A stretch of DNA of 64,000 nucleotides from Alphaproteobacteria bacterium (GTDB taxonomy: Bacteria > Pseudomonadota > Alphaproteobacteria > JAPOUT01 > G958296285), in NCBI GenBank assembly GCA_965212115.1, contig CBDBUR010000002.1, forward strand, positions 1,025,948 through 1,089,947, given 5' to 3'. Both the position numbers and the translations under genes were made by a program. Below the pieces are notes generated by a model. The model did not search any database, was not told the origin of the DNA, and was given only the letters and a program-made list of their open reading frames with translations. Below, piece after piece: positions 9,625 to 23,583 of this stretch (within the stretch, counting starts at the first letter, position 1; the number at the start of each line of letters is the position of its first letter).

Positions 9625-11040
9625 ATGGCCAAAACGCTTCCAAAAACGCTTTATGACAAAATCTGGGATGACCATCTGATCGAAACAGATCAAAATGGCG
9701 TCGGATTGCTTTATGTCGATCGCCACCTCGTCCACGAGGTGACGAGCCCGCAAGCCTTTGAGGGCTTGCGGCAGATCGGTCGCAAAGTGCGCGCGCCGGA
9801 ACGCACCATCGCTGTTGCCGATCATAATGTGCCAACGCAAAATCGCAGCCATGGCATTGAAAATCCTGAGTCACGCCTGCAAGTCGAAACACTCGCGCGC
9901 AACGCTCAAGATTTTGGCATCGAGTTTTTTTCAATGGAAGATCAAAGGCAGGGCATCGTTCATATTATCGGCCCAGAGCAGGGATTCACTTTGCCCGGCA
10001 CAGTCATTGTCTGCGGCGACAGCCACACCGCAACCCACGGCGCATTCGGCGCGCTCGCGCATGGCATCGGCACTTCGGAAGTTGAACATGTGCTCGCAAC
10101 TCAAACCCTGATCCAGAAAAAAGCGCTCAATATGCGTGTGCGGGTTAAAAACGCCCTGCCTGAAAATATCACCGCAAAAGATTTAATCCTCGCCATCATC
10201 GGACAGATCGGCACGAGCGGCGGCACCGGCCATGTCATTGAATATGAAGGCGAGGCTATCACCCAATTGACAATGGAGGGACGCATGACCGTTTGCAATA
10301 TGTCGATTGAAGCAGGCGCTAAAGCTGGCCTCATCGCGCCTGACGATCAGACCTTTGACTACCTCAAAGATCGCCCGCGCGCGCCGAAAAAAAACTTATG
10401 GAATCAAGCGCGCGACGCTTGGGAGAAACTCCATTCCGATGAAGAGGCCGTATTTGATCGCGAAGTCGTTTTAGATGCCGTTGATCTGCCGCCGCTCGTG
10501 AGCTGGGGGACGAGTCCGCAAGATGTCGTTGCGATCACGGGACGTGTTCCTGATCCCGAACAGGCCGCAACGCCTGAACAGCGTCAAGCGATGAACCGTG
10601 CTCTGGATTATATGGGTCTGGTGCCCAACACAAAAATTAGCGATGTCGTGATCGATCGCGTGTTTATCGGCTCGTGCACCAATGGCCGGATTGAAGATCT
10701 GCGCGAAGTCGCTAAGCTGATCCAGCGCATGAAAAGCTCTGTTTGCGAGCACGTTCAGGCGATGATCGTGCCGGGATCAGGACTCGTCAAGGCGCAGGCC
10801 GAAGCCGAAGGCTTGGACAAAGTTTTCACCCAAGCCGGCTTTGAATGGCGTGAACCCGGCTGCTCGATGTGTCTGGCGATGAACGATGACAAGCTCAAAT
10901 CGGGTGAGCGCTGCGCGTCAACCTCCAACCGCAATTTTGAAGGCCGACAAGGACGCGGCGGACGCACCCATTTGGTCAGCCCCGCAATGGCGGCGGCTGC
11001 CGCTATGGCCGGTCATTTTGTCGATGTGCGCGAGATTTGA
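9625..11040 (+). CDS. leuC: 3-isopropylmalate dehydratase large subunit
   Basis: 471-aa aconitase-family protein. It carries Fe-S cluster cysteines ('GSCTNGR', 'CSMCLAMN') and is followed by leuD with a 4-nt overlap. Confidence 0.95.
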   Translation: MAKTLPKTLYDKIWDDHLIETDQNGVGLLYVDRHLVHEVTSPQAFEGLRQIGRKVRAPERTIAVADHNVPTQNRSHGIENPESRLQVETLARNAQDFGIEFFSMEDQRQGIVHIIGPEQGFTLPGTVIVCGDSHTATHGAFGALAHGIGTSEVEHVLATQTLIQKKALNMRVRVKNALPENITAKDLILAIIGQIGTSGGTGHVIEYEGEAITQLTMEGRMTVCNMSIEAGAKAGLIAPDDQTFDYLKDRPRAPKKNLWNQARDAWEKLHSDEEAVFDREVVLDAVDLPPLVSWGTSPQDVVAITGRVPDPEQAATPEQRQAMNRALDYMGLVPNTKISDVVIDRVFIGSCTNGRIEDLREVAKLIQRMKSSVCEHVQAMIVPGSGLVKAQAEAEGLDKVFTQAGFEWREPGCSMCLAMNDDKLKSGERCASTSNRNFEGRQGRGGRTHLVSPAMAAAAAMAGHFVDVREI

Positions 11041-11654
11041 GGCCTAAAATGCAAAAATTCAAGATTCTTCAAGGCATCGCCGCACCTTTGAAAATGATCA
11101 ATGTCGATACCGATATGATCATCCCAAAGCAATTTTTGAAAACGATCAAGAAATCGGGACTAGGGCAATATCTTTTTCATGAATTGCGCACCGATGAAAA
11201 TGGCGCGACCAATCCTGATTTTGTGTTGAATCAGCCAAGCTGGCGCAAGGCTGAGATTTTGATCAGCGGCGAGAATTTTGGCTGTGGCTCGTCGCGCGAG
11301 CACGCGCCCTGGGCCTTGCTGGATTTCGGAATCCGCTGCGTGATCGCATCGAGCTTCGCTGATATTTTTAAGATGAATGCGATGAAAAATGGCATCTTGC
11401 CGATCGTTCTGCCGGAAGACAAAGTCGCTTTGTTGATGGAAGACGCAGAAAAGGGCGCCAATGCGCAGATTGAGATCAATTTGCCCGAACAAAAAATCAC
11501 CCGCCCCGATGGCAAGGAAATCCATTTTGATATTGAGGCTGCCGACAAACATTGCCTCCTCAACGGACTTGATGACATCGCGCTCACGCTTGAAAAGCAT
11601 CAAAGCATTGCCGACTTTGAAGCCAAGCGCCGCCAAGTGCAGCCTTGGATATAA
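11037..11654 (+). CDS. leuD: 3-isopropylmalate dehydratase small subunit
   Basis: 205-aa aconitase swivel-domain protein ('[17 protein letters not shown]'). Confidence 0.95.
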   Translation: MRPKMQKFKILQGIAAPLKMINVDTDMIIPKQFLKTIKKSGLGQYLFHELRTDENGATNPDFVLNQPSWRKAEILISGENFGCGSSREHAPWALLDFGIRCVIASSFADIFKMNAMKNGILPIVLPEDKVALLMEDAEKGANAQIEINLPEQKITRPDGKEIHFDIEAADKHCLLNGLDDIALTLEKHQSIADFEAKRRQVQPWI

Positions 11655-11666
11655 AAAGATATAAAA

Positions 11667-12767
11667 ATGTGCGCAAAAATTCTGCTGCTGCCGGGAGACG
11701 GAATTGGCCCTGAAGTCGTGGCCGAAGCGCATCGCGTTCTTGTCTGGCTTTGCGAAAATCGCGCTTTTGAAATCGAAATTGACGAAGCTTTGGTCGGCGG
11801 CGCGTCCTACGATCAAGACGGCGTTGCGATCACCGACGCGACGATCAAAAAAGCCGCCAGCGCCGATGCAGTGATTTTAGGCGCGGTCGGCGGTCCGAAA
11901 TGGTCGGATGTTGCTTATGAACATCGTCCGGAGGCGGGGCTGCTGGCTCTGCGCAAGCAGCTTGATCTTTTTGCTAATTTGCGTCCGGCATTATGTTTTC
12001 CCGCACTTGCCGAAGCATCGGCGCTCAAGCGCGAGTTGGTCGAAGGGCTTGATCTTCTGATCGTGCGCGAGCTTACTGGCGGCGTCTATTTTGGCGAGCC
12101 GCGCGGCATCGAAAATATCGGCGACGGCAAAAAACGCGGCGTCAACACCCATGTCTATGATAGCGATGAGATCCGTCGCATCGCCCGCGTCGGATTTGAT
12201 TTTGCGCGCGCGCGATCAAAGCGCATAACATCAGTTGAAAAGCGCAACGTCATGGAAGCTGGACAGCTCTGGTATGAGGAAGTCGTCAAGCTGCACGATG
12301 CGCATTATCCCGATATTGCGCTTGACCATATGCTCGCCGATAATTGCGCAATGCAATTAGTGCGCCAGCCCAAGCAATTTGATGTCATCGTGACCGATAA
12401 TCTGTTTGGCGATATGCTCTCAGACATCGCCGCGCAATTGACCGGATCACTGGGGATGCTGCCGTCGGCCTCACTCGGGGGCGCGCGCGAAAATGGCCGC
12501 CGCGCCGCGCTTTATGAGCCAGTGCACGGCTCTGCGCCCGATATCGCCGGACAAAATAAAGCCAACCCGCTCGCGATGATCCTGTCGGTCGCGCTGGCGC
12601 TGCGCTATTCGTTTGATCGCCCCGATGACGCTGCAGGGATCGAACAGGCCGTTGCGCAAGTTCTAGCGCTTGGCCATCGCACGGCGGATATCGCGTTAGG
12701 CGGTGGGGCGCTCTCGACGCAGGATATGGGCAGCGCTGTGCTTGAGATTCTCTCACAGCAGGCTTAA
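11667..12767 (+). CDS. leuB: 3-isopropylmalate dehydrogenase
   Basis: 366 aa. It has the '[12 protein letters not shown]' N-terminus and the isocitrate/isopropylmalate dehydrogenase signature '[26 protein letters not shown]'. Confidence 0.95.
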   Translation: MCAKILLLPGDGIGPEVVAEAHRVLVWLCENRAFEIEIDEALVGGASYDQDGVAITDATIKKAASADAVILGAVGGPKWSDVAYEHRPEAGLLALRKQLDLFANLRPALCFPALAEASALKRELVEGLDLLIVRELTGGVYFGEPRGIENIGDGKKRGVNTHVYDSDEIRRIARVGFDFARARSKRITSVEKRNVMEAGQLWYEEVVKLHDAHYPDIALDHMLADNCAMQLVRQPKQFDVIVTDNLFGDMLSDIAAQLTGSLGMLPSASLGGARENGRRAALYEPVHGSAPDIAGQNKANPLAMILSVALALRYSFDRPDDAAGIEQAVAQVLALGHRTADIALGGGALSTQDMGSAVLEILSQQA

Positions 12768-12777
12768 AGTCTTTGTC

Positions 12778-13767
12778 ATGAGCAATATCCAAAATCATAC
12801 CCAAAATCATATTGCGCTGGTCGGCGCGAGCGGCAATGTCGGGCGTAAGATTCTCGAAACATTGGACAAGCGCGCTTTTCCTTATGAGCGTTTGTCTCTT
12901 TTTGCGTCGGCGCGTTCAGCGGGAACAGCGCTTGAGGTTGGTGGGCAGGAGGTCAAAATTACCGCTTTGGATGGAGCAGATTTTTCTGATGTCAGGCTGG
13001 CTTTTTTTGCCGTCGGCGGTGCGGTGGCGCGAGAATTTGTGCCGCGTGTGGCGTCGTCGGGAACTGTCGTGATTGATAATTCTTCTCATTTTCGCATGGA
13101 CCCAGATGTTCCGCTGATTGTGCCTGAAGTCAATGGCGCTGTGCTTGAGCAAGGTTTTGCGCGCAATATCATCGCCAACCCAAATTGCTCGACAGCTCAA
13201 TTTGTCGTGGCTTTAGCGCCTTTGCATCGGGTTAAAAAAATCGAGCGCGTTCATGTGGCGACTTATCAGTCGATATCGGGCGCAGGCCGCGCGGCGATGG
13301 ATCAGCTCGTTGAAGATATTGACAGCAAAAATCATCAACCTTCATCGGTTGCTTTTAATGTTGTCCCGAAGATCGATGTTTTTCTTGAAAATGGCGAAAC
13401 CAAAGAAGAATGGAAAATGCGCGTTGAAACGGCGAAGATTCTTGATCCGGAGATCAAAGTTTCGACTCATTGTGTTCGCGTGCCGGTTTTGGTCGGCCAT
13501 AGCGAGGCGGTCTTTATCCGGTTTGCTCAAAAAATGAGCGTCGGGGAAGCCAGAGAGATTTTGCGCACAGCACCAGGCTGCGCGCTGGTGGAAGAAGATT
13601 ATGCGACGCCCAAAGAATGTGAGGGACGCGATCCGGTTTTTATTTCGCGTCTGCGCCAAGACCCAGCGGATGAAAATGCGCTTCAAATGTGGATCACGGC
13701 TGATAATTTGCTCAAAGGCGCAGCACTTAATGCCGTGCAGATCGCCGAGCTTTTGATTCAAAACTAA
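12778..13767 (+). CDS. asd: Aspartate-semialdehyde dehydrogenase
   Basis: The most probable start is the ATG at 12778, just after the leuB stop; the track ORF begins earlier at 12703. It has an NAD-binding 'VGASGNVGR' motif and the catalytic Cys in 'ANPNCSTAQ'. Confidence 0.9.
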   Translation: MSNIQNHTQNHIALVGASGNVGRKILETLDKRAFPYERLSLFASARSAGTALEVGGQEVKITALDGADFSDVRLAFFAVGGAVAREFVPRVASSGTVVIDNSSHFRMDPDVPLIVPEVNGAVLEQGFARNIIANPNCSTAQFVVALAPLHRVKKIERVHVATYQSISGAGRAAMDQLVEDIDSKNHQPSSVAFNVVPKIDVFLENGETKEEWKMRVETAKILDPEIKVSTHCVRVPVLVGHSEAVFIRFAQKMSVGEAREILRTAPGCALVEEDYATPKECEGRDPVFISRLRQDPADENALQMWITADNLLKGAALNAVQIAELLIQN

Positions 13768-14228
13768 GCGCGCGCAACGCCTCTGAGACTTTTTATCAAT
13801 CCGTCGGCGGCTTTTTCGATCATCTGTAGAACTTTGGCAAAGCCCTCTTCGCGGTCATAATAAGGATCGGGCACTTCATCCATGTTGAGGTCGGGCGCAT
13901 AATCAAGAAACAGGCCGATCTTGGCCTTTGAGCCTTTAGGTTTCATCGCCTTGACCTCGGCGAGATTATTGCGATCCATCACCAAGATCAGATCAAATTT
14001 TTCAAAATCCTCGCCGCAGATGGGCCGTGAGCGCTGATCGGAAATGTCAATTTGGCGCTGCGCGCAGATGGCCTGCGCGCGCGGATCAGGGGGCGCGCCT
14101 TGATGCCAATCGCTTGTGCCAGCGCTGTCGATGTTGACGTCGAGCCCATTGGCGCGCGCGGCAAACGCGCCTTCGGCCATCGGTGAGCGGCAGATATTGC
14201 CATAGCATACGAATAAAATATGTATCAT
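13764..14228 (-). CDS. Low-molecular-weight protein-tyrosine phosphatase
   Basis: 154 aa with the N-terminal P-loop 'VCYGNICRSPMAEG' (CX5R) and the DPYY motif near the C-terminus. Confidence 0.8.
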   Translation of the reverse strand: MIHILFVCYGNICRSPMAEGAFAARANGLDVNIDSAGTSDWHQGAPPDPRAQAICAQRQIDISDQRSRPICGEDFEKFDLILVMDRNNLAEVKAMKPKGSKAKIGLFLDYAPDLNMDEVPDPYYDREEGFAKVLQMIEKAADGLIKSLRGVARA

Positions 14229-14272
14229 GATGCGAATATGCTAAACCATTTTGAGCAAGGGGGGAAACCGAG

Positions 14273-15563
<1,291 letters not shown>

Positions 15564-15580
15564 GCTCATCACATGAGGCT

Positions 15581-15868
15581 TTACGCCTTTTCTCCGGTGA
15601 AGCTGGAATTGCCCATCGGGGTTTTGATCTCGCCGGTGACATTATCGCCGTCAACATTGACCTCGATTGTCGCTTGAAGATCGCGCCCCATGACCTTGAG
15701 CGTCACCGGCGCGCTGACTTTATTGCCGTCGACGCTCCCGCCTGAGATCGCGACGTCGCCCTGCGGCGAATTCAACGAGCCATTGCCGCTATCATCGAGT
15801 GTCAAAATCGGGGTTTGTTTCCCCATCGGTGTGTTGACAGTTAACTGCCATTTTCCTGCAACAGACAT
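15581..15868 (-). CDS. Small conserved hypothetical protein (95 aa) with an internal duplicated 'TPMG' motif
   Basis: A strong SD (AAGGAGGA) sits 6 nt upstream of its ATG. Codon usage matches the neighbours. The sequence 'GKWQLTVNTPMGKQ ... GEIKTPMGNSSFTGEKA' suggests a duplicated beta-rich unit. There is no signal peptide. Confidence 0.55.
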   Translation of the reverse strand: MSVAGKWQLTVNTPMGKQTPILTLDDSGNGSLNSPQGDVAISGGSVDGNKVSAPVTLKVMGRDLQATIEVNVDGDNVTGEIKTPMGNSSFTGEKA

Positions 15869-15968
15869 ATTGTCCTCCTTCTTAGTTTATTAAGAAATGC
15901 ATACTAACATGAAATAATATGAAATAGTAGTGTATGAATAAGGCAGACATCGTCAGGGGAAGGATTTT

Positions 15969-17129
15969 ATGAATCTCCATGAATATCAGGCGAAGGCCTT
16001 GCTGAAGGCATTTGACGCCCCTGTGCCGCAGGGGCAGGCGGCTTTTTCGGTCGATGAGGCCGTCCAAGCAGCTGAGGCACTCGGCGGCGCTCACTGGGCG
16101 ATCAAGGCGCAGATCCACGCAGGCGGGCGCGGTAAAGCAGGCGGGATCAAATTGGTCAAAGGAATCGATGAGCTCAAGCTGGGCGCAGCCAGTATGATCG
16201 GCAAAATCCTGATAACGCCGCAGACCGGCGCGCAAGGCAAACAGGTGCGCCGCCTTTATATCGAGCAGCCCGCCGAGATCGCCCGCGAATTCTATTTATC
16301 ATTTCTGATCGATCGCAACGCTTCGCGGCCAGCCTGTATCGTCTCCACTGAGGGCGGCATGAACATCGAAGAAGTCGCCGCGCAAACGCCCGATAAAATC
16401 CTAACCTTGTCGATTCATCCGATCGGAGGCATAAGGCCTTTTCACGCAAGGCGCGTGGCGCAGCTTTTAGGCCTTGAGAGCCAAGCGGCCAAACAATTAA
16501 ATGCTCTGTTGCGCAATTGCTATCGCTTGTTTGTCGAAAAAGATTTGAGCCTGCTTGAAATCAATCCTCTCATCACGACGCAAGCGGGCGATCTATGCTG
16601 TCTTGATGCCAAGATCAGCATTGATGATAATGCTCTGTTTCGCCACCAAGACCTCGCCGCGCTGCGCGACTGGGACGAAGAAGATCCCGCCGAGCGCGAA
16701 GCCGGAAAATATGATCTCAGCTTCATCAAGCTGGACGGCCAGATCGGCTGCATGGTCAATGGCGCGGGGCTGGCTATGGCGACGATGGATATCATCAAAC
16801 AGCATGGCGGACTGCCGGCGAACTTTTTAGATGTCGGCGGCGGTGCAGACAAGGAAAAAGTCGCCCATGCATTTCAAATTTTATTATCCGACAAGAATGT
16901 TCGCTCAATTTTGGTCAATATCTTTGGCGGGATCATGCGCTGCGATATTATCGCTGAGGGCATCATCGCCGCCGCGCGCGAAATGAATCTCGCTGTGCCG
17001 CTGATCGTTCGCCTTGAAGGGACGAATGTTGACAAAGGCAAAGAGCTTTTGAAGCAATCAGGCCTTGAGATCATCGGCGCTGATAATCTCGATCAAGCGG
17101 CGGCCAAAGCTGTGAAGTTGATTAAATAA
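15969..17129 (+). CDS. sucC: Succinyl-CoA ligase (ADP-forming) beta subunit
   Basis: 386 aa with the ATP-grasp N-terminus '[12 protein letters not shown]' and the CoA-ligase C-domain motif 'GGIMRCD'. Confidence 0.95.
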   Translation: MNLHEYQAKALLKAFDAPVPQGQAAFSVDEAVQAAEALGGAHWAIKAQIHAGGRGKAGGIKLVKGIDELKLGAASMIGKILITPQTGAQGKQVRRLYIEQPAEIAREFYLSFLIDRNASRPACIVSTEGGMNIEEVAAQTPDKILTLSIHPIGGIRPFHARRVAQLLGLESQAAKQLNALLRNCYRLFVEKDLSLLEINPLITTQAGDLCCLDAKISIDDNALFRHQDLAALRDWDEEDPAEREAGKYDLSFIKLDGQIGCMVNGAGLAMATMDIIKQHGGLPANFLDVGGGADKEKVAHAFQILLSDKNVRSILVNIFGGIMRCDIIAEGIIAAAREMNLAVPLIVRLEGTNVDKGKELLKQSGLEIIGADNLDQAAAKAVKLIK

Positions 17130-18016
17130 TGGCTGTATTGGTTGATCAAAACACGCGCGTGATCTGTCAAGGCCTGACCGGCGCGCAGGGGACATTCCAC
17201 ACTGAGCAGGCGATCGCCTACGGCACAAATATGGTTGGCGGGGTGACGCCCGGCAAAGGCGGCGGCGAGCATGTCGGCCTGCCGATCTTTGACAATGTCG
17301 CCGAAGCGCGCGCGGCAACGCAAGCTAATGCAAGTGTGATCTATGTGCCGCCGCCTTTCGCTGCCGATGCGATCTTGGAGGCGATCGACGCCGAGATCGA
17401 ACTCGTCGTTTGTGTGACTGAAGGCATCCCGGTGATGGATATGGTGCGGGTCAAAGCGGTGCTTCAAGGCAGTGCGACGACATTGATCGGCCCGAATTGT
17501 CCCGGCATCATTACGCCGGGCGCGTGCAAGATTGGGATCATGCCGGGACATATACATAAGAAAGGCGCTGTCGGGATTGTGTCGCGCTCGGGCACGCTGA
17601 CCTATGAGGCCGTCGGCCAGACCACAGCGCAAGGTCTTGGGCAGAGCACCTGTATCGGCATTGGCGGCGATCCGGTGCGCGGCGCTGGGTTCATCGATTG
17701 CCTTGAGATGTTTCTCGCTGATGAGGAGACGCAGGGCATCGTCATGATCGGTGAGATCGGCGGCGCAGATGAAGAGGCGGCGGCTGAGTTTTTGAAGCGC
17801 GCGCGCCGCCGCAAGCCAGCGGCGGGCTTTATTGCCGGGCTGACAGCACCGCCAGGACGGCGCATGGGTCATGCGGGGGCGATTGTTTCTGGGGGTTCGG
17901 GCGGCGCTCAGGGCAAAATCGAGGCGATGAAGTCGGCGGGCATCACGATTGCGCGCTCGCCCGCCCATATCGGCGAAGCCATCGCTGAGGCGATCAAGGG
18001 GGTGCATAAAAATTGA
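17129..18016 (+). CDS. sucD: Succinyl-CoA ligase alpha subunit
   Basis: 295 aa. It has the phosphohistidine loop '[10 protein letters not shown]' and the 'SRSGTLTYE' CoA-binding motif. Confidence 0.95.
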   Translation: MAVLVDQNTRVICQGLTGAQGTFHTEQAIAYGTNMVGGVTPGKGGGEHVGLPIFDNVAEARAATQANASVIYVPPPFAADAILEAIDAEIELVVCVTEGIPVMDMVRVKAVLQGSATTLIGPNCPGIITPGACKIGIMPGHIHKKGAVGIVSRSGTLTYEAVGQTTAQGLGQSTCIGIGGDPVRGAGFIDCLEMFLADEETQGIVMIGEIGGADEEAAAEFLKRARRRKPAAGFIAGLTAPPGRRMGHAGAIVSGGSGGAQGKIEAMKSAGITIARSPAHIGEAIAEAIKGVHKN

Positions 18017-18051
18017 TGTGCAAGAAATTATTCAGATGGTAAAAAGATGAT

Positions 18052-20940
18052 ATGAGGCCCGAAGACAAAGATCTTTTGACGAACAAGGATTTCCTTGAAG
18101 CGCTTTATCAGCTTCATCAGGAGAATGCAGGCGGACTCGCGTCGCAATGGCAGGAGCTGTTTAATCAGGTTTTCACCGATGCGCCGCCGCCGCGTCGAGC
18201 GTCATGGGCGCGGCCTTTGCCTAATATCTGTGAGCACCAGCCTTCCGAAAAGAAAGAGCCAAAGACAAAACGGGTATCGCGCGAAGGCTATGCGGCGGCG
18301 CTTGATTCTGTGCGCGCCATCATGATGATCCGCGCTTATCGTGTGCGGGGTCATCTCAATGCTGATCTTGATCCGCTTAGGCTTGAGACGCTGCAGCCTC
18401 ATCCTGAGCTTGATCCGGTGAGCTATGGCTTCAAACCTGAAGATTGGGATCGCCCGATTTTCATCGATCATGTGCTTGGGCTTGAGACGGCAACCATTCG
18501 TCAGATTTTGAAAATCGTCCAGCAGACCTATTGCGGCACTTTAGGGGTCGAGTTCATGCATATTTCCGATCCTGCGGAAAAGTCTTGGCTTCAAGAGCGG
18601 ATTGAAGGTCGTGATAAAATCGGCTTGCGGCTCTCCCGCGAGCAAAAACACGCGCTTATGCGCGAGCTGGTCGAGGTTGAAGGCTTTGAGAAATTTCTTG
18701 GCAAGAAATATGTTGCGACCAAACGCTTCGGTTTGGACGGCGCCGAGATGACCGTTCCCGCAATCGAATGGATCATCGATGCGTCAGCCAAAATGGGAGT
18801 CAAAGAAGTTGTGATCGGCATGCCGCATCGCGGACGACTCAACATTCTGGCGCATGTGCTCGACAAGCCTTATGAGGCTTTTTTCACCGAGTTTCACGGC
18901 GGCGGCGATCTCGACGAAGTGGAAGGGTCGGGCGATGTGAAATATCATTTGGGCGATTCGGAAGATCGAGTTTTTTCGGGTCATCCAGTTCATTTATCGC
19001 TTGCGGCGAATCCGTCTCATTTGGAAAGCGTTGATCCAGTGGTGCTTGGCCGCGCGCGCGCCAAGCAGGATCATTATGATTCCGATCGCGCGAGTGTCCT
19101 GCCGATCTTATTGCATGGCGACGCCGCCTTTGCCGGGCAGGGCATCGTTGCTGAATGTCTTGGACTTTCGGGATTGAAAGGCCATCGTTCGGGGGGGGCT
19201 GTTCATTTTATCGTCAATAATCAGATTGGCTTTACGACCTCGCCGCGTTATGCGCGCTCGTCGCCTTATCCGTCGGATGTCGGCAAGATGGTCGAGGCGC
19301 CGATTTTTCACGTCAATGGCGATGACCCCGAAGCGGTGCTTTATGCCGCGCAGCTCGCCGCAGAGTTTCGCCGCAAGTTTTTGAGGCCGGTCATTATAGA
19401 TATGTTTTGTTATCGCCGCTTTGGTCATAATGAAGGCGACAATCCGGAATTCACCCAGCCTTTAATGTATAAGGCGATTAAGAAGCATAAACCGGTCGCG
19501 CAGATTTATGCTGACAGGCTCGTCGCGCGCGGCGATATGTCACAGCAGGAAATCGACGCGCAGCATGAAGCGCAAAACCTGCTCCTTGAGACAGCTTTCC
19601 AAAAAACCGCAACTTTTGAACCCGAAGACCCGGATTGGCTCGCGGGCAAATGGAAAGGGCTCAAACAGGCGTCAGGTGATGTCCGGCGCGGGCAGACCGG
19701 CGTGGCGATCACGCGACTCAAAGAGATCAGCGAGGCTTTGTGCAAGATTCCCGAAGATTTCAACGCGCATCCGGTTGTCCGCCGTATTTACGAAACGCGG
19801 CACAAAATGATCGTTGATGGATTCGGCATTGATTGGGCAATGGCCGAAGCGCTGGCTTTGGGATCGCTTTTGCGCGAGGGCTATCGTGTGCGCCTCGTCG
19901 GGCAGGATTGCGAACGCGGCACCTTTTCGCAGCGTCATTCTGTTCTTGTCGATCAGGAAGATGAAAGTAATCACACGCCCTTGAATCATTTGCACGCCGA
20001 TCAGGCGCAGTATGAGGCGGTCAATTCGATGTTGTCGGAGGAGGCCGTTTTGGGCTTTGAATATGGCTACACCCAGTCCGAACCCAACGCGCTGACGCTC
20101 TGGGAAGCGCAATTTGGCGACTTTGCCAATACGGCGCAATCGATCATCGACCAGTTCATCTCTTCAGGTGAGGAGAAGTGGCTCAGGATGAGCGGGCTCG
20201 TCATGCTCTTGCCGCACGGCTATGAGGGGCAAGGGCCGGAACATTCATCGGCGCGGCTTGAGCGCTATTTGCAATTATGCGGCGACGACAATGTTCAAGT
20301 TGCCAATTGCACGACGCCCGCCAATTATTTTCATATTTTGCGCCGTCAATTGCATCGCAATTTCCGCAAGCCTCTGTTTTTGATGACGCCGAAATCTCTG
20401 CTGCGGCATAAATCCTGCGTTTCGGTGATTGAGGATTTTCGTCCCGGCGCGTCTTTTCATCGCGTGCTCGAAGATGATGCGCCGACCGGGCTTGTGGGCA
20501 CCGTCAAGCTCGCTAAAGATGAAGAGATCAAGCGCGTGATCCTATGTTCGGGCAAAGTCTATTATGATCTGTTCGCCGCGCGCGAGGCCAAAAAAATCTC
20601 TTCGATTTACTTGATCCGAATCGAGCAGCTCTACCCGTTTCCGCTGAAAACAATGGCGAGGCTGCTCGCGCGGTTTCCACAGGCTGAGATCATCTGGTGT
20701 CAAGAAGAGCCTCAAAATATGGGGGCATGGAGCTTTGTCGTCCCTCATATTGAAGCCGCGCTGGCTCAAGCGGGTCGGCGCGATGCTCGTCCCTCTTATG
20801 TTGGCCGCCCCGAAGCCGCCGCGCCCGCCACAGGATTCGCCACGCTGCATAAAAAAGAATTACAAACCTTCCTTGAACAAGCGATTCATGTTAAAAACAA
20901 TTCTTCCTTTCCCCACCTTGTCGGAAGGCAAAGTCTATGA
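18052..20940 (+). CDS. sucA: 2-oxoglutarate dehydrogenase E1 component
   Basis: 962-aa thiamine-diphosphate enzyme whose motifs and length match SucA. Its stop overlaps the sucB start (ATGA). Confidence 0.95.
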   Translation: MRPEDKDLLTNKDFLEALYQLHQENAGGLASQWQELFNQVFTDAPPPRRASWARPLPNICEHQPSEKKEPKTKRVSREGYAAALDSVRAIMMIRAYRVRGHLNADLDPLRLETLQPHPELDPVSYGFKPEDWDRPIFIDHVLGLETATIRQILKIVQQTYCGTLGVEFMHISDPAEKSWLQERIEGRDKIGLRLSREQKHALMRELVEVEGFEKFLGKKYVATKRFGLDGAEMTVPAIEWIIDASAKMGVKEVVIGMPHRGRLNILAHVLDKPYEAFFTEFHGGGDLDEVEGSGDVKYHLGDSEDRVFSGHPVHLSLAANPSHLESVDPVVLGRARAKQDHYDSDRASVLPILLHGDAAFAGQGIVAECLGLSGLKGHRSGGAVHFIVNNQIGFTTSPRYARSSPYPSDVGKMVEAPIFHVNGDDPEAVLYAAQLAAEFRRKFLRPVIIDMFCYRRFGHNEGDNPEFTQPLMYKAIKKHKPVAQIYADRLVARGDMSQQEIDAQHEAQNLLLETAFQKTATFEPEDPDWLAGKWKGLKQASGDVRRGQTGVAITRLKEISEALCKIPEDFNAHPVVRRIYETRHKMIVDGFGIDWAMAEALALGSLLREGYRVRLVGQDCERGTFSQRHSVLVDQEDESNHTPLNHLHADQAQYEAVNSMLSEEAVLGFEYGYTQSEPNALTLWEAQFGDFANTAQSIIDQFISSGEEKWLRMSGLVMLLPHGYEGQGPEHSSARLERYLQLCGDDNVQVANCTTPANYFHILRRQLHRNFRKPLFLMTPKSLLRHKSCVSVIEDFRPGASFHRVLEDDAPTGLVGTVKLAKDEEIKRVILCSGKVYYDLFAAREAKKISSIYLIRIEQLYPFPLKTMARLLARFPQAEIIWCQEEPQNMGAWSFVVPHIEAALAQAGRRDARPSYVGRPEAAAPATGFATLHKKELQTFLEQAIHVKNNSSFPHLVGRQSL

Positions 20941-22139
20941 GCCAAGATATCATCACCCCGGCATTAGGCGAGTCGATCGTTGAAGCGACGATCGCCGAAT
21001 GGCTGAAAAAACCCGGCGAGAACGTTCGTGTTGACGAACCACTCGTCATTTTGGAGACCGACAAAGTCACCGTTGAAGTGCCTGCGCCATGTGCCGGTGT
21101 GCTTGTCGAAGTTCTGGCGCAAGTGGGTGCCAACATCGCGGTCGGCGCTTTATTGGGGCGCATCGATGAAAACGCATCTGCGTCTGTGCAGTCCCAAGTC
21201 AAACCAAGTGAAGAAATTAAAACCAAAGCCCCCCCGCAAGCCGCGCCCTCGCCGACTCCAGCGTCCGGACAAGATCATGCGCTGATGTCGCCAGCGGCGC
21301 GCAAAATCGCGGCGGAGAAGAATATCACGCCAGGTCAGATCTCCGGATCAGGGCCGGATGGCCGCATCTTAAAAGAAGATGTCGCCGCAGTTCCACCGCG
21401 CGCGCCGATGACCCCTGCGCCGATTGATCCTCAGCCGACAGGTCGCCAAGAGCGGGTGCGCATGTCCCGCCTGCGCCAGACCATTGCCAAGAAGCTCAAA
21501 GAGGCGCAAAACACTGCCGCCATGTTGACGACATTCAACGAGGTCGATATGAGCGCGGTGATCGATCTGCGCAAGACCTATCGCGATATTTTTGAGGCGC
21601 GTCATGGCGTGCGGCTTGGGTTTATGAGTCTGTTTGCGCGCGCTTGTATTGCAGCTTTGCGCGAAGTCCCTGAGGTCAACGGGCAGATCGACGGCGACGA
21701 AATTGTCTATCGCGATGATTACAATATCGGCGTGGCGATAGGCACTGAACGCGGTCTGATTGTGCCAGTGTTGCATCATGCGCAGAATATGTCGCTTGCC
21801 GATATTGAAAAGGCAATTCATAATTACGTGCAAGCGGCGCGCGACGCCTCATTGTCAATTGAGGCTTTGCAGGGCGGGACTTTCACGATCTCCAATGGCG
21901 GGGTTTATGGCTCGCTTTTATCGACGCCGATTTTAAATATGCCGCAATCGGGCATTTTGGGTATGCACAAAATTGAAAAGCGTCCGGTTGCCATTGATGA
22001 TGAAATTGTTATCAAGCCGATGATGTATTTAGCGCTAAGTTATGATCATCGCCTTGTTGATGGTCAGCAGGCGGTTACTTTTCTCGTGCGCGTCAAGGAA
22101 ATGATCGAAGATCCGGCGCGTCTGGCGCTTGAAGTGTAA
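20937..22139 (+). CDS. sucB: Dihydrolipoyllysine-residue succinyltransferase (E2o)
   Basis: 400 aa with a lipoyl domain ('[14 protein letters not shown]'), an Ala/Pro linker, a PSBD region and the catalytic 'SYDHRLVDG' motif. Confidence 0.95.
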   Translation: MSQDIITPALGESIVEATIAEWLKKPGENVRVDEPLVILETDKVTVEVPAPCAGVLVEVLAQVGANIAVGALLGRIDENASASVQSQVKPSEEIKTKAPPQAAPSPTPASGQDHALMSPAARKIAAEKNITPGQISGSGPDGRILKEDVAAVPPRAPMTPAPIDPQPTGRQERVRMSRLRQTIAKKLKEAQNTAAMLTTFNEVDMSAVIDLRKTYRDIFEARHGVRLGFMSLFARACIAALREVPEVNGQIDGDEIVYRDDYNIGVAIGTERGLIVPVLHHAQNMSLADIEKAIHNYVQAARDASLSIEALQGGTFTISNGGVYGSLLSTPILNMPQSGILGMHKIEKRPVAIDDEIVIKPMMYLALSYDHRLVDGQQAVTFLVRVKEMIEDPARLALEV

Positions 22140-22166
22140 GACGCGCAAATGGCCGAAGCCTAAAAT

Positions 22167-23564
22167 ATGGAACCCTATGATATAATCGTGATCGGAGCCG
22201 GGCCAGGAGGATATGTCTGCGCTATTCGCGCCGCGCAGTTAGGGATGAAGGTCGCCTGCATCGAGCAGATGGATCAGCCCGGTGGCACGTGTTTGAACAT
22301 TGGCTGTATTCCGTCCAAGGCGCTGCTGCACGCGTCTCATCTTTATGCGCATCACGGCGCGCTCGGCGCGTTTGGGATCAAAGCGCAGCCACCGCAGCTT
22401 GATCTCACGGCGATGATGAAGTTCAAACAGGAAGGAATCGAGGCCAACACCAAAGGCGTGGCGTTTTTATTGAAAAAGAACAAAGTGGATTATGTTCAAG
22501 GGCGCGCGCGCTTGCGCGGCGCGGGCAGGGTTGAAGTTCAAGGGGGCTCTTCGACGCAGACTTTGTCGGCCAAACATATCGTCATTGCGACCGGCTCGGT
22601 CCCGGCGTCGCCGCCGGGGATTCAGATCGACGAGAAAAACATTATTTCGTCGACCGGCGCTTTATCTTTGGAGGCTGTGCCTGACCGTTTAGCGGTTATT
22701 GGCGGCGGCTATATCGGGCTTGAGATGGGCTCGGTCTGGCAGAGACTGGGCGCGCAAGTTATGGTCGTTGAGATGTTGCCGCATATTCTGCCCGGCATGG
22801 ATCAAGAGATCGCGCGCGCCGCACTTGCTTTGTTCAAAAAGCAGGGTATGGAGTTTAAGCTCGCGACAAAAACCGAAAAAATAGAAACAGATGGCAATTC
22901 TGTGGTTTTGCATCTCGTTTCAGTGAACGCGCCAGACAAAGCCGCCACGATTCGCGCTGATAAAGTGCTCGTGGCGACGGGCCGCAAACCGGCGATTGAA
23001 GGGCTTGATCTCGCCGCGGCAGGCGTTTCAAAAGATCAGCGCGGCGCGATTATCGTCGATCAAAATTATAGCGCGGCGCAAGGCGTTTATGCGATCGGCG
23101 ATGTGATCGCTGGCGCGATGTTGGCGCATAAAGCGTCGGAAGAAGGTGTGGCGCTTGCCGAGCGGCTCGCCGGACAAAAGTCCAGCGTCAATTATGATGC
23201 AATTGCCGGTGTCGTCTATACCCAGCCGGAGATCGCAAGCGTCGGCTTTAGCGAAGAGATGCTCAAAGAAAAAAACATTGATTATCGCGTCGGCAAGTTT
23301 CCTTTTACGGCCAATGGCCGCGCGAAAGTCAATCATGTTTCTGAGGGTTTTGTCAAAATTTTGGCGGACAAAAAGACAGATCGCATTTTAGGGGTTCACA
23401 TCATCAGCGCTGAGGCGGGCGCAATGATCGCTGAGGCGGTCGTCGCGCTGGAGTTTGGCGCGGCCAGCGAAGATATTGCGCGCATTTGTCATGCGCATCC
23501 GACATTGAGCGAGGCGATGAAAGAAGCCGCGCTCGCTGTTGAAGGCCGTTCGCTTCATATGTGA
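22167..23564 (+). CDS. lpdA: Dihydrolipoyl dehydrogenase (E3)
   Basis: 465 aa with FAD-binding 'GAGPGGY', the redox-active disulfide 'GGTCLNIGCIPSK' and the C-terminal interface motif 'HAHPTLSE'. Confidence 0.95.
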   Translation: MEPYDIIVIGAGPGGYVCAIRAAQLGMKVACIEQMDQPGGTCLNIGCIPSKALLHASHLYAHHGALGAFGIKAQPPQLDLTAMMKFKQEGIEANTKGVAFLLKKNKVDYVQGRARLRGAGRVEVQGGSSTQTLSAKHIVIATGSVPASPPGIQIDEKNIISSTGALSLEAVPDRLAVIGGGYIGLEMGSVWQRLGAQVMVVEMLPHILPGMDQEIARAALALFKKQGMEFKLATKTEKIETDGNSVVLHLVSVNAPDKAATIRADKVLVATGRKPAIEGLDLAAAGVSKDQRGAIIVDQNYSAAQGVYAIGDVIAGAMLAHKASEEGVALAERLAGQKSSVNYDAIAGVVYTQPEIASVGFSEEMLKEKNIDYRVGKFPFTANGRAKVNHVSEGFVKILADKKTDRILGVHIISAEAGAMIAEAVVALEFGAASEDIARICHAHPTLSEAMKEAALAVEGRSLHM

Positions 23565-23583
23565 GGAAATATTGAAGCGTGGA

